DNA of 63,887 bases, filler included, from Vicugna vicugna (GCA_013265495.1; 79 parts of 79 records of this genome joined end to end with filler, not necessarily neighbours in it), one strand, 5' to 3'. Shown: positions 12,041-25,062, numbered from the whole stretch's first letter. Made by a program: numbers and translations. Notes: generated by a model from the sequence alone, not told the origin.

Positions 12041-12456
12041 TGATTTTTTCCTCCTTGGACAGGACCTAAATGTCACTATGCATTTGGTTGGCTTAGCCGT
12101 TCCAAACAATCAAATCATCCCTATGCCACGTCAAAGAAACTACTAGAAAACACAATTGTCATAGGAAAATTATAATTCCCTATAATGGAATAAGAACCTA
12201 CCTTGTGAGAATGGGAGATTTTCCAAATTACACAGGAGTCAGATCACTGGGGGGGCGGCGGGAGGCATAGGCAACAGACCCTTCTGGCCCCATAGGACGC
12301 GGGCGACTCCGAATGTACAGGTGCGGGGTGGGCTCGGCGGCGGCCCAAGAGCCACTNNNNNNNNNNNNNNNNNNNNNNNNNNNNNNNNNNNNNNNNNNNN
12401 TTAATTAATTAANNNNNNNNNNNNNNNNNNNNNNNNNNNNNNNNNNNNNNNNNNNN

Positions 12457-12938
12457 AACCCATCCTACTGTTAAAAAAATTTTAAAAAGAAAGAAAAAAT
12501 TCTTTATTTCCCTGCCTTCCTCTCCCACTCTCAGTGATTTGTATCTCTTATTTTATAATTTAGTGTATTCTTTATTTGTAATTCATGAGTTATCACCTTT
12601 CCAGTTGTACGTTTCTCATTTCTGTAGCATCCTGCTGCTTTTCTATTTAGAATAGCCCTTTCAATATTTCTTTATCATGGGTTTAGTNNNNNNNNNNNNN
12701 NNNNNNNNNNNNNNNNNNNNNNNNNNNNNNNNNNNNNNNNNNNNNNNNNNNNNNNNNNNNNNNNNNNNNNNCCTTGCTGGATATCCTAGGCTGCATCTTT
12801 TTTTCATTCAGGGCTTTGAATATATCTTGCCACTCCCTTCTGGCCTGTAATGTTTTTGTACAGAAATTAGCTGAGAGCCTTTTGGGGGTTCCGTTGTAAT
12901 TCACTCTTTGTTTTTCTCTTGCTGCCTTTAGAATCATT
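12457..12938 (-). mobile_element. LINE-1 ORF1 C-terminus plus inter-ORF spacer
   Basis: Translation ILKAAREKQRVNYNGTPKRLSANFCTKTLQARREWQDIFKALNEKKMQPRI is the conserved L1 ORF1p segment. A TKP...ILKGLL-like end and an A-rich spacer follow. Confidence 0.93.
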
Positions 12939-15069
12939 NNNNNNNNNNNNNNNNNNNNNNNNNNNNNNNNNNNNNNNNNNNNTTAATTAATTAANNNNNN
13001 NNNNNNNNNNNNNNNNNNNNNNNNNNNNNNNNNNNNNNAGCTTTATGGAGAGTAGACAGAACCTGTAGAAAGGCTTATTTTTACCTTGTAGTTTTATCTA
13101 AGGTAACAGTTTGCAATATTGCTCTGTAATCTTTTACTCCTTAAATTATTCTCTCTTCCTTCCATCCAATTCAGGGAAGAGGTATGAAAAAGCAGAAAGT
13201 AGGAAGAGCTTGCTCATCTTTTGGGCTTTTTAATTATTAGCTTATCTATTTGATTTTCAAAAGCCCCACAGAGAAGAGAGCAATGGCAGATTGAACAAAA
13301 TATTTGACCCAAAGCAGCAGGCAGAGTGGGACTGAGCCCCATACAGCTTCAGGGATGTGTCAGTCTGGAGGGAGAAAGCAATACAGCACGCACAGGCCCC
13401 GGTGTGATAGTGACTTGGGCCTCGGCTGTCACCAATAATGGTGAGAGACGGCAAGATCTCTGAGTGAACACGGCTATGTGGGTGTCTGAGGAGATGGGAT
13501 TCATAGATCAGCTCAGAGAGGAGTCACATGCCCCACTGTGCTGACAGCAGAGGTGAGCCANNNNNNNNNNNNNNNNNNNNNNNNNNNNNNNNNNNNNNNN
13601 NNNNNNNNNNNNNNNNNNNNNNNNNNNNNNNNNNNNNNNNNNNNNNNNNNNNNNNNNNNNNNNNNNNNNNNNNNNCCGGCCCCAGGACGGAGAACTATGA
13701 ATGGGACTGAGCTTGTTTCCCACTACCTTTGTGTGTAAGGTGAGTCTCGATAAAAATTAAGTTGTGTTTTATTCTGCACAGGATTGTCTGCTTGTGGTTT
13801 AATTGAATTTCTTGGCTAAGCATCATAACTGTTAATAGGGTCAAAACGAACAAGGACTCTAAATTTGGGTTGAGGATACAAGGAGTGGTGTTNNNNNNNN
13901 NNNNNNNNNNNNNNNNNNNNNNNNNNNNNNNNNNNNTTAATTAATTAANNNNNNNNNNNNNNNNNNNNNNNNNNNNNNNNNNNNNNNNNNNNAAACAAAA
14001 CAACATTTGCTACATTTTCTCTGGGCTTAAACCAACACTGACCAATCATACAAGACACATACAAGACAGAAAACTAGGTCTTTATTACAGCAAGCTATAT
14101 TTTGTAAAAGAAAGATGGTGTCAACTAAATGCATCTTTTATTGAGGTTAAAAAATTCATCTTTACTTGTAAACCATGAGCACATTCATAATGAAAAACTA
14201 CTTATATAATGAAAAATATACCCATTTTCAAAAGTGAAATATACCAGGTTCTCCTGAATAGGTATTTTTGTAATGACTTAAGTTAATTTTTGTTTATTTT
14301 TTCTAGAAAAGTCTATATGACATGACCCTAATATTTNNNNNNNNNNNNNNNNNNNNNNNNNNNNNNNNNNNNNNNNNNNNTTAATTAATTAANNNNNNNN
14401 NNNNNNNNNNNNNNNNNNNNNNNNNNNNNNNNNNNNTGGCTTCGTGCATGGTTTTTTAAATTGGATTTCTGTTTTGTGTCCTTAGAAATATTCTCCTATT
14501 AGATGAGAGGAAGTGGAGACATATATATTCTGCTGAGATATTTGTGTCATGATATTTGAGTTTTAAAGGACTTAAGACAGCATAGAGTTGTAATTTTTAT
14601 GGGTGAGAATCCATGATGGTGTAACTTGGACAACAACCTGGGTCTCCTGCCATCGTGTCCATGTGGGTGAAGAGGCAACTGGGTGGTGGATGGCAGGGAT
14701 CCTTCTTGCTTGAGTTCCAGGGTCTTGTTAGTTTTCATGGCTCAGCTGCCTTTAGTTTATGTTCATGTGGCCTCTCATGGGAAGGTCACTCTTTCCTGAT
14801 AGACTGAGTTTCAAATCAGCAAAAAGCTCTGGACCCACTCATATTTTCCAGAGTTTTTTCTTCTGACCTGCTGACACTTTATATAAATGAGACCTAACAA
14901 ACTACTGGATATAAAATCCTTATTGTTATTGTTTTCCCTCAAGTTCCATAGGAATGGGGTGCTGTCTCAGGCTGTCTAAGGCTAGATCTGAACAAATATA
15001 GGGTGATAGGCTGTGCTGCTGAGACCCTCCCCAGTTGAATGGGATTTCCACTTTAGTTTTTAGAATCGG

Positions 15070-15260
15070 GTAGATGAGTTCAAATCTTGTCTTTACCAGT
15101 TATTAGCTTTGTGACCTTGGGGAAGTAACTTTACTTTTTTGGGTTCCAATTTTCTTTATCTGTAAATAAGTTCAGTCTATATTTTAGGGTTTTTGTTTTA
15201 GAATTGAATGAGCTAATTCCCTCATTTATACCTAAAGTACTTATCGCGTGGTTGTATGAT
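15070..15260 (+). mobile_element. MIR SINE fragment
   Basis: GAGTTCAAATCTTGTC...TAGCTTTGTGACCTTGGGGAAGTAACTT...TTTCTTTATCTGTAAAT core. Confidence 0.75.
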
Positions 15261-15577
15261 GGTGCCTTGGTAGTTGATTACTAAGGTATTCGGCAGTGAG
15301 AAAGGGGGTGGGGCCCCCTGGATCAAAGAGCTTANNNNNNNNNNNNNNNNNNNNNNNNNNNNNNNNNNNNNNNNNNNNTTAATTAATTAANNNNNNNNNN
15401 NNNNNNNNNNNNNNNNNNNNNNNNNNNNNNNNNNATTGTCAGATTTCAGTGGTAACACATCTCTCTCTCACCCCATCCCCCACACACATCATGTTCCTGC
15501 TCTCAATTTGCTGATGCACACAAAAATAAGTCACAGATATATTTGTATATTTATATTTCACAGTAAATATTCCAATT

Positions 15578-15728
15578 GTTTTGGCATCAAGATAAATAGA
15601 CCAATGGAACAGAATAGAGAGCCTAGACTTAAATCCATATACGTATGGTCATCCGATCTTCAACAGGAGTACCAAGACTACAAACACACAAACACACACA
15701 CACAAAAGGATAGTCTCTTTAACAAATA
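15578..15728 (+). mobile_element. LINE-1 ORF2 fragment
   Basis: TGGCATCAAGATAAATAGACCAATGGAACAGAATAGAGAGCCTAGA...AAGGATAGTCTCTTTAACAAAT (DQWNRIE motif). Confidence 0.8.
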
Positions 15729-16331
15729 ATAAAGCCACAAAGCTAGTAAGTTACAGGAATAGGACTGAAAACCACAGACTATGTCTCCAGAGCCTAAATA
15801 CTTACACACTATTTAATAGGGCCTCTTAATGTGTGTGTGTTTGAAAGTTATATTTCCTTCACTACCCTTCTTTTTTAGTTTTTTATATATTAGTTGCTAG
15901 CATTCAAGATAAACATATTTATATTTAAATCAATAATTCAATTTTACTTTCTTTCTATTAATGGTGCTTTGAAAACCATATCACACTATTTTCATTCTAC
16001 TGAAGGTACATGATAGCTCAAATAACTTTTTATGTATTTACTTAAGGGCATAAATCCCTAAGCAAGCTCATAAATCAACATATGTACCTATGCAACAAAA
16101 TCTGATTGTTATTTACAAGTAAAGTATGTGAGGGGAAATTGTCCTCTGGTTGGTAAGCACCTATTATCATGTACTCTTTCTCACACATGTTGTTCACATA
16201 TAACAATAAGGGAGTTGCAGCCCTCCTCCCANNNNNNNNNNNNNNNNNNNNNNNNNNNNNNNNNNNNNNNNNNNNTTAATTAATTAANNNNNNNNNNNNN
16301 NNNNNNNNNNNNNNNNNNNNNNNNNNNNNNN

Positions 16332-17084
16332 GTTTACATAACCATGGCATTCCGTATTACGAGCATGTTTCATACAGCTCGGATTCCTCAAACATGCATT
16401 TCTGAGTTGTGAATGTGCGCATGACTGATGTTTCAACCACCAAACAAGTTACCTATGCACTCTGAAATATTTATTTTGACTTTGTAGCTTCTTCATATCA
16501 CCAGTTTCAAGAATCACACTTTGATCCCTCNNNNNNNNNNNNNNNNNNNNNNNNNNNNNNNNNNNNNNNNNNNNNNNNNNNNNNNNNNNNNNNNNNNNNN
16601 NNNNNNNNNNNNNNNNNNNNNNNNNNNNNNNNNNNNNNNNNNNNNNNNNNNNNNNNNNNNNNNNNNNNNNNNNNNNNNNNNNNNNNNNNNNNNNNNNNNN
16701 NNNNNNNNNNNNNNNNNNNNNNNNNNNNNNNNNNNNNNNNNNNNNNNNNNNNNNNNNNNNNNNNNNNNNNNNNNNNNNNNNNNNNNNNNNNNNNNNNNNN
16801 NNNNNNNNNNNNNNNNNNNNNNNNNNNNNNNNNNNNNNNNNNNNNNNNNNNNNNNNGGTTCCATACATGCTACATGTATGACGGATTTGGCAATCATGAA
16901 TTTCTGACTTGTGAGCATGTGGATTACAGGCCTTTCACCCTCCAAACAAGGCGTATATATACTTAGAAATATTTACTCTGTCTTCATAGGTTTTTCCTGT
17001 CACCAGTTTCTAAAATCGGACAATTGGCACCAGAAAACTTTCTTTGAGTCGAATTCTCACCAATACACATGTAATTTACATTGT
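16332..17084 (+). repeat. Satellite C, gapped
   Basis: Matches 3783-3980 before the gap and 3558-3785 after it. Confidence 0.9.
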
Positions 17085-17404
17085 NNNNNNNNNNNNNNNN
17101 NNNNNNNNNNNNNNNNNNNNNNNNNNNNTTAATTAATTAANNNNNNNNNNNNNNNNNNNNNNNNNNNNNNNNNNNNNNNNNNNNGAAACAGTGTGCAGGA
17201 CGCATCACAGGGCCACAGGCGCAGCCCTTTCCCGTCAGTGCCGATCCATAGAGCTGACCCCACCAAAGTGCTCTCACAACTTGCAAAGAAGTTTTACTTC
17301 AGCAACATGAAAAGAATCAGTATATCATCAAGACATTTTCAGAAGTGACCTGCCCTGGGCCCTAATGATACAAACACGTAAATACACAGATACGCACATG
17401 CATC

Positions 17405-17510
17405 CAGGAAAAGAGACAGAGAGACTGAAACACAGACAGGCAGAGGGAGAGAGAAACAGAGAGAGAGAGAGAAAACAGGCACTGAGAGACACAGAGAGAG
17501 AGAAGGAACA
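17405..17510 (+). repeat. (GA)n/(GACA)n compound microsatellite
   Basis: GAGACAGAGAGACTGAAACACAGACAGGCAGAGGGAGAGAGAAACAGAGAGAGAGAGAG. Confidence 0.75.
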
Positions 17511-18086
17511 GCGAAGCTGGGAACAAGCGGAAGTCACGCCCATTTTCAAAGCAAATATACTGAGGATGAAAAGCTTATTTCATTTATTCCAGAAAGAAAG
17601 CTACTCACAGGCTATCTTTATTTCAGAAATCTAATTCTCTCCTGATCTTTTATTACGATGATACATTGAGTGGATAATAGACATATTCCATTCAACATAT
17701 ACACATTTATATGCAACAAAATAAATATTATACATAAATGTATATATTTACATGCTCAATTTTATATGTTATAAAAACAACTTGAAAGAATTTGAAGGGC
17801 AGAGTATACAGTTGTACAAAAAGCCACCTTTCAGTACACATTAGGCGATGTCTTTCCTATTTCTCTGTATCTCCTATGCTAGCCAAACGAGCCACTAAGC
17901 AGCCTAAAGATCTGCAATGAAGGGTGCCTCTCTTTGCAACTTTTATGCTTTTCATGTCCACAGCATAATCGGTGATAGGAAGAAACNNNNNNNNNNNNNN
18001 NNNNNNNNNNNNNNNNNNNNNNNNNNNNNNTTAATTAATTAANNNNNNNNNNNNNNNNNNNNNNNNNNNNNNNNNNNNNNNNNNNN

Positions 18087-18354
18087 TGCCAGGGAATGCT
18101 AGGTGTGATTGCAGGATATCCCAGTGTCATAAGTTGCCTACCCAAGGTCAGGGAAAGTTTTTCTCGGAGTTCTACCAAAAGGGAACACCTGTGACTGAAG
18201 AGAGCTGCGTGGAGTTGTCTCTCGAGCTCCCCCGCACTGACAATGGTTCCAGAATCCTGAGCGTTCGAAGGTTCCACCAACGGTCGGCAGCGAGTTGGTT
18301 CTATCGGAGTGACTAAGCTCGTCTACCCTGAGGGTTTTCCTAATATCTCTGTGC
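18087..18354 (+). repeat. Satellite A, one monomer
   Basis: Begins TGCCAGGGAATGC and ends TCTCTGTGC, one full period. Confidence 0.92.
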
Positions 18355-18454
18355 NNNNNNNNNNNNNNNNNNNNNNNNNNNNNNNNNNNNNNNNNNNNTT
18401 AATTAATTAANNNNNNNNNNNNNNNNNNNNNNNNNNNNNNNNNNNNNNNNNNNN

Positions 18455-18910
18455 CAGCCCCACTCCACCCAGATGAATGGAGGAAGAGGTGTTCCGTTTT
18501 TGGAGAAGTCCTCTAAGTATTTCCTCAGTGGATCAGGGCGTACTCACTGCTACGTGGCCTCCTATCCCAACCCCCAGCTTTCCCTCATGGCCTGGCCTAA
18601 ATGAACAGTCAGGGAACAGAAGCTAAGGTATACTAATAGAACCCAGGTGCTGCTGTCAGTTTGAGGAACTCCTCCACACTCAGAATACAAGAACACATCT
18701 TCGTGTGTTGTGTATAGGGAAACAGTCAAAGCATCATTCAGGGGGCACATATATAACATGGTTGTGGGTTGTAGGTGAAAAACCCACATCCTATTGATAG
18801 GCTCTCGCTAATACTTGATTTAGAGCCCAACCCCAACTATCCCCCACTCTCCAGCCTAGGCATGCAATCAGGGAAGGCAAGCTAAGGGATTCTATTAGAA
18901 CCCAGGCGCT
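18455..18910 (-). repeat. Satellite D
   Basis: Reverse complement AGCGCCTGGGTTCTAATAGAATCCCTTAGCTTG and GAGGAAATACTTAGAGGACTT match 1376-1410 and 1501-1521. Confidence 0.85.
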
Positions 18911-19010
18911 NNNNNNNNNNNNNNNNNNNNNNNNNNNNNNNNNNNNNNNNNNNNTTAATTAATTAANNNNNNNNNNNNNNNNNNNNNNNNNNNNNNNNNN
19001 NNNNNNNNNN

Positions 19011-19726
19011 AGCACAAAGGGAACGGGTTGTAGGAGAAACACTTCCACTGGATTTTCAGTCTGTTTCCTAGTGCCTGTTTGTGCTTCCTGCAGTTTGCAC
19101 TGTAAAACCGAGTTGCAGCTTGTACCACCCAATATATATGTATGGTTTGGAGTTTGCAACTGAAAAGAAACTTTGTGTTCCCTTCAAGCTAGGTGAAGGA
19201 CGGCTTTCACACACACTTATCTCTCAGAACTGAGCATGTGTAGAGACGTTCGTTCATCCAGCACAAAAGGAACGGGATGCAGGTGAAACAATTACTCTGG
19301 ATTCTCAATCTATTTCCTAGTGCCGGCTTGAAGTTCCTGCATTTTGCACTGTAAAACCGAGTTGGAGCTTGTACCTCCCCATATATATGTATGGTTTGGT
19401 GTTTGCAAATGAAAAGAAACTTTGTGTTCCCTTCAAATTAGGTAAGGAAGGCTTTCACACACACTTATCTCTCAGAACTGAGCATGTGGAGAGACGTTCG
19501 TTCATCTAGCACAAATGGAACCGTTTGTAGGAGAAACACTTCCACTGGATTCTCAGTCTTTTTCCTAGTGCCTGTTTGTACTTCCTGCANNNNNNNNNNN
19601 NNNNNNNNNNNNNNNNNNNNNNNNNNNNNNNNNNNNNNNNNNNNNNNNNNNNNNNNNNNNNNNNNNNNNNNGTGGAATTTATAACTGAAAAGAAACTTTG
19701 TGTTCCTTTCAAGCTAGGTGAAGGAC
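19011..19726 (+). repeat. Satellite B
   Basis: CTTTGTGTTC at 19171 and 19420 (249 bp). Confidence 0.94.
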
Positions 19727-19826
19727 NNNNNNNNNNNNNNNNNNNNNNNNNNNNNNNNNNNNNNNNNNNNTTAATTAATTAANNNNNNNNNNNNNNNNNN
19801 NNNNNNNNNNNNNNNNNNNNNNNNNN

Positions 19827-20656
19827 CTCCCCTGAGGGTTTTCCTAATGTGTCTGTGCCAGGGAATATTAGTGGGGTTTGCAGGTTATCCCAGTGTCTTA
19901 CGCTGCCTCCCCAAGGTCAGGGAAGTTATTTCCCGGACTTCCCTGAACAGGGCCCTCCTGTGAATGAAGAGAGCTGCGTGGAGTTGTCTCTCGAGCTCCC
20001 CCACGCACTGACAATGGTTCCGGAATCCTGAGCGTGGGGAGGTTCCACCAACGGTCGGCAGCGCGTGGGTTCTAACGGAATGCCTAAGCTCGTCTCCCCT
20101 GAGGATTTTCCTAATATCTCTGAGCCAGGGAATGCTAGGGGTGATTGCAGGATATCCCACTGACGGAGGCTGACTCCCCAATGTCTGGGAAGTTATTTTT
20201 CTGACTTCCCCAAAAAGGGAACTCCTGTGAATGAAGAGAGCTGCGTGGAGTTGTCTCTCGAGCTCCCCCACGCACTGACAATGGTTCCGGAATCCTGAGC
20301 GTGGGGAGGTTCCACCAACGGTCGGCAGCGCGTGGGTTCTAACGGAANNNNNNNNNNNNNNNNNNNNNNNNNNNNNNNNNNNNNNNNNNNNNNNNNNNNN
20401 NNNNNNNNNNNNNNNNNNNNNNNNNNNNNNNNNNNNNNNNNNNNNNNNNNNNNNNNNNNNNNNNNNNNNNNNNNNNNNNNNNNNNNNNNNNNNNNNNNNN
20501 NNNNNNNNNNNNNNNNNNNNNNNNNNNNNNNNNNNNNNNNNNNNNNNNNNNNNNNNNNNNNNNNNNNNNNNNNNNNNNNNNNNNNNNNNNNNNNNNNTTA
20601 CGGAATGCTTAAGCTCGTCTTCACTGAGGGTTTTCCTAATATCTCTGTGCCAGGGA
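19827..20656 (+). repeat. Satellite A
   Basis: GAAGAGAGCTGCGTGG at 19966 and 20233 (267 bp). Confidence 0.95.
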
Positions 20657-20756
20657 NNNNNNNNNNNNNNNNNNNNNNNNNNNNNNNNNNNNNNNNNNNN
20701 TTAATTAATTAANNNNNNNNNNNNNNNNNNNNNNNNNNNNNNNNNNNNNNNNNNNN

Positions 20757-21527
20757 AGTTTCTTTACAATTGCAAACTTTCCTCCATACATATATACGGG
20801 GTTGTATAAGTTCCAAATCGGTTTTATAGTGAAAATGGCAGGCTCTTCAAACCGGCACTAGGAAATAGACTGAGAAACCAGAGTAAGGGTTTCTCCTGCA
20901 AACCGTTCGCTTTGTGCTGGATGAACGAACGTCTCTCCACATGCTCAGTTCTGAGAGTTATGTGTGTGTGAAAGCCGTCCTTCACCTAGCTTGAAGGGAA
21001 CACAAAGTTTCTTTAGCAAACTTTCCTCCATACATATATACGGGGATGTATAAGCTCCAACACGGATTTACAGTGAAAACGGCAGGCACTTCAAACCGGC
21101 ACTAGGAAACAGACTGAGAAACAAGAGTAAGTGTTTCTCCTGAAACTTTTTCTCTTTGTGCTGGATGAAAGAACGTCTCTCCTCATGCTCAGTTCTGAAA
21201 GATAAGTGTGTGTGAAAGCCGTCCTGCACCTAGCTTGAAGGGAACACAAAGTTTCTGTTCAGTTGCCAACACCTCTCCATACATATATATGGGAAGGTAC
21301 AAGCTCCAACTCGGTTTCACAGTGAAAACGGCAGGCACTTCAAACCGGCACTAGGAAACAGACTGAGAAACCAGAGTAAGTGTCTTACCTGCAACCCGTT
21401 CCAGTTGTGCTGGATGAACGAACGTCTCTCCACATGATCAGTTCTGAGAGATATGTGTGTGTGAAAGCCGTCCTTCACCAGGATAGAAGGGAACACAAAG
21501 TTTCTGTTCAGTTGCCAACACCACTCC
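20757..21527 (-). repeat. Satellite B, about 3 monomers
   Basis: AGTTTC anchor at 20757, 21006, 21250 and 21499 (249/244/249). Confidence 0.94.
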
Positions 21528-21627
21528 NNNNNNNNNNNNNNNNNNNNNNNNNNNNNNNNNNNNNNNNNNNNTTAATTAATTAANNNNNNNNNNNNNNNNN
21601 NNNNNNNNNNNNNNNNNNNNNNNNNNN

Positions 21628-22073
21628 ACCAACGGTCGGCAGCGCTTGGGTTCTAACGGAATGCCTAAGGTCATATACCCTGAGAGTTTTCCAAATGTCT
21701 CTGTGCCCGGGAATGCTAGGGGGGTTTGCAGGATATCCCAGTGACCGAAGCTGCCTCCTCAAGTCAGGAAATGTATTTCTCGGACTTACCCGAACAGGGA
21801 ACTCCTGTGAATGAAGAGAGCTGCGTGGAGTTGTCTCTCGAGCTCCCCCACGCACTGACAATGGTTCCGGAATCCTGAGCGTGGGGAGGTTCCACCAACG
21901 GTCGACACCGCGTGGGTTCTAACGGAATGCCGAAGCTCGTCTCCCCTGAGGGTTTTCTTAATGTCTCTGTGCCAATGAATGTTAGGGGTGAATGCAGGAT
22001 ATCCCAGTGACCGAAGCTGCCTCCTCAAGTCAGGAAATGTATTTCTCGGACTTACCCGAACAGGGAACTCCTG
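21628..22073 (+). repeat. Satellite A
   Basis: Two adjacent monomers share the private variant GACCGAAGCTGCCTCCTCAAGTCAGGAAATG. Confidence 0.94.
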
Positions 22074-22782
22074 NNNNNNNNNNNNNNNNNNNNNNNNNNN
22101 NNNNNNNNNNNNNNNNNTTAATTAATTAANNNNNNNNNNNNNNNNNNNNNNNNNNNNNNNNNNNNNNNNNNNNAGTGCCGGTCACTCAGGGGAGCCAGGG
22201 TGGTCTGACCTCATTGTGATGACTATGCAGTCTGAGTTCACTTATTACTTTTTAGGTTGGAAGGCCCAAGAGGGAGAAAAATTGGAGGTTCTAGTACTTA
22301 TTTTATATTTCCCATGTACCAGGTATAGTAAGCAAGCCACTTGGGACAAGGCCCAGAGCAACCACGTTAATAGGCCACNNNNNNNNNNNNNNNNNNNNNN
22401 NNNNNNNNNNNNNNNNNNNNNNNNNNNNNNNNNNNNNNNNNNNNNNNNNNNNNNNNNNNNNNNNNNNNNNNNNNNNNNNNNNNNNNNNNNNNNNNNNNNN
22501 NNNNNNNNNNNNNNNNNNNNNNNNNNNNNNNNNNNNNNNNNNNNNNNNNNNNNNNNNNNNNNNNNNNNNNNNNNNNNNNNNNNNNNNNNNNNNNNNNNNN
22601 NNNNNNNNNNNNNNNNNNNNNNNNNNNNNNNNNNNNNNNNNNNNNNNNNNNNNNNNNNNNNNNNNNNNNNNNNNNNNNNNNNNNNNNNNNNNNNNNNNNN
22701 NNNNNNNNNNNNNNNNNNNNNNNNNNNNNNNNNNNNNNNNNNNNNNNNNNNNNNNNNNNNNNNNNNNNNNNNNNNNNNNNNN

Positions 22783-23222
22783 AACCGTCTTTGAACCCCA
22801 GGGGCAGGCAGATTTAACAGGTCCCTGAGGCCAGCGGGAGGCTCAGCGTGGGGAAATCTGAGTGTGACAACTCCAGGGGGCCAGTCAGATTGGCCCCCTG
22901 CTCTTTTCCATGCATTTTACCTCCAAGAACGTGACCTGTTCTCAGAATGAATGTCAGAGGAAAATTCCTCATGCTTCCTGCCTGGAAAGGAGAAAATAAC
23001 TCTATTGAAATACACCCAGAACATTCTGTTTCATTGGGGGTGGTTGTTTTTTGTTTTATTTTTTAATGAAAAACTATTTTACCAGAGCCTAACCAACCTG
23101 GGAGAAGGGAAATCCCTTCTGTGTCACCCAAATTGGGGTGGGGGGAAAGAGACACACTTGTGGAGGTCACAGCTCAGGGCACAGGCTCAATGAGAACTAA
23201 TCACAGGACTGCAGATGCCCTG
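22783..23222 (+). mobile_element. Old LINE-1 (L1M-type) 5' region fragment
   Basis: AACTATTTTACCAGAGCCTAACCAACCTGGGAGAAGGGAAAT...CACTTGTGGAGGTCACAGCTCAGGGCACAGGCTCA...CTAATCACAGGACT resembles L1M/L1MC 5'-end consensus. Confidence 0.6.
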
Positions 23223-23890
23223 NNNNNNNNNNNNNNNNNNNNNNNNNNNNNNNNNNNNNNNNNNNNNNNNNNNNNNNNNNNNNNNNNNNNNNNNNNNNNN
23301 NNNNNNNNNNNNNNNNNNNNNNNNNNNNNNNNNNNNNNNNNNNNNNNNNNNNNNNNNNNNNNNNNNNNNNNNNNNNNNNNNNNNNNNNNNNNNNNNNNNN
23401 NNNNNNNNNNNNNNNNNNNNNNNNNNNNNNNNNNNNNNNNNNNNNNNNNNNNNNNNNNNNNNNNNNNNNNNNNNNNNNNNNNNNNNNNNNNNNNNNNNNN
23501 NNNNNNNNNNNNNNNNNNNNNNNNNNNNNNNNNNNNNNNNNNNNNNNNNNNNNNNNNNNNNNNNNNNNNNNNNNNNNNGGTGAGGGGTGGGGTAGGGGGT
23601 GGGCTGCCTTCTTCCCCAAATAAGGAACCTTCCTGAGGCCAGCACAGTAGGAGGGAGGGCCATGGGGTGGAAGCAGACAGACTTCTTCCTGAGAACTGAT
23701 GGGATGCCTCAAAGGAACCATTCAGGTGCCCAAACTGGGCCCTGGGGGTGGGAGCCAGTCGGTCTGACTCAGAGCCCAGGACTGAGGTGGNNNNNNNNNN
23801 NNNNNNNNNNNNNNNNNNNNNNNNNNNNNNNNNNTTAATTAATTAANNNNNNNNNNNNNNNNNNNNNNNNNNNNNNNNNNNNNNNNNNNN

Positions 23891-24644
23891 GCCTAAGCTC
23901 GTCTCCCCTGATGGTTTTCCTAATATCTCTGTGCCTGAGAACGCTGGGGGTGATTGCAAGATATCCCAGTGACAGAGGCTGCCTCCCCAAGGTCAGGGAA
24001 GTTATTTCTCGGACTTCCCCGAACAGGGAACACCTGTGACTGAAGAGAGCTGCGTGGAGTTGTCTCTCGAGCTCCCCCACTCACTGACAATGGTTCCGTA
24101 CTCCTGAGCTTGGGTAGGTTCCACCAACGGTCGGCAGCGCGTGGGTTTTAACGGAATGCTTAAGCTCGACTCCCCTGAGGATTTTGCTAATTTTTCTGTG
24201 CCAGGGAATGCTAGGGGTGATTGCTGGATGTCCCAGTGACAGAGGCTGCCTCCCCAAGTTCAGGGAAGTTATTTCTCGGACTTCCCCGAACAGAGAACAC
24301 CTGTTACTGAAGAGAGCTTCGTGGAGTTGTCNNNNNNNNNNNNNNNNNNNNNNNNNNNNNNNNNNNNNNNNNNNNNNNNNNNNNNNNNNNNNNNNNNNNN
24401 NNNNNNNNNNNNNNNNNNNNNNNNNNNNNNNNNNNNNNNNNNNNNNNNNNNNNNNNNNNNNNNNNNNNNNNNNNNNNNNNNNNNNNNNNNNNNNNNNNNN
24501 NNNNNNNNNNNNNNNNNNNNNNNNNNNNNNNNNNNNNNNNAAGTTTTTTCCTTTCCCGAACAGGGAACACCTGTGAATGAAGAGAGCAACGTGGAGTTTT
24601 ATCTCGAGCTCCCCCACGCACTGACAATATTTCCGGAATCCTGA
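23891..24644 (+). repeat. Satellite A
   Basis: Repeated A core motifs at ~267-bp spacing. Confidence 0.93.
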
Positions 24645-25062
24645 NNNNNNNNNNNNNNNNNNNNNNNNNNNNNNNNNNNNNNNNNNNNTTAATTAATTAA
24701 NNNNNNNNNNNNNNNNNNNNNNNNNNNNNNNNNNNNNNNNNNNNGGAAGTTTAGTGTATTCTACTCTTACAAGGAAATTTATTTCAGAAACGTGTTCGAA
24801 TTTGCAAGGTCATAATTTTGGAAATGCATTGAGGGAATGTTTTACCAAGTAATGCTAGCTAGGTACAAAGACTAGTTAAACTTCATTTTAAAAAAAAAGA
24901 GTATTTTCATCCTTTTTAGGAACAGAGTGCTTCACAGCACTCTGAATGAATGGACCTGACAANNNNNNNNNNNNNNNNNNNNNNNNNNNNNNNNNNNNNN
25001 NNNNNNTTAATTAATTAANNNNNNNNNNNNNNNNNNNNNNNNNNNNNNNNNNNNNNNNNNNN

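Noticed and set aside
13400..13870. Ancient LTR fragment (also ERV-leader-like 1630-2425)
   Set aside because: Only a general resemblance; no TG...CA ends, primer-binding site or family motif could be confirmed.
19885..20271. Recurrent 'GELERQLHAALF' peptide as a repeat-protein family
   Set aside because: 267 is divisible by 3, so satellite frames recur. Copies carry random stops and frameshifts and lack gene signals.
21285..21320. Homology between A/D and B/C (TGGG.AGGT...CTCCAACT; GGGAACAC; CTGAGC.TG.GGAG)
   Set aside because: Shared short motifs are not collinear or equally spaced by eye. A formal profile alignment would be needed before claiming it.
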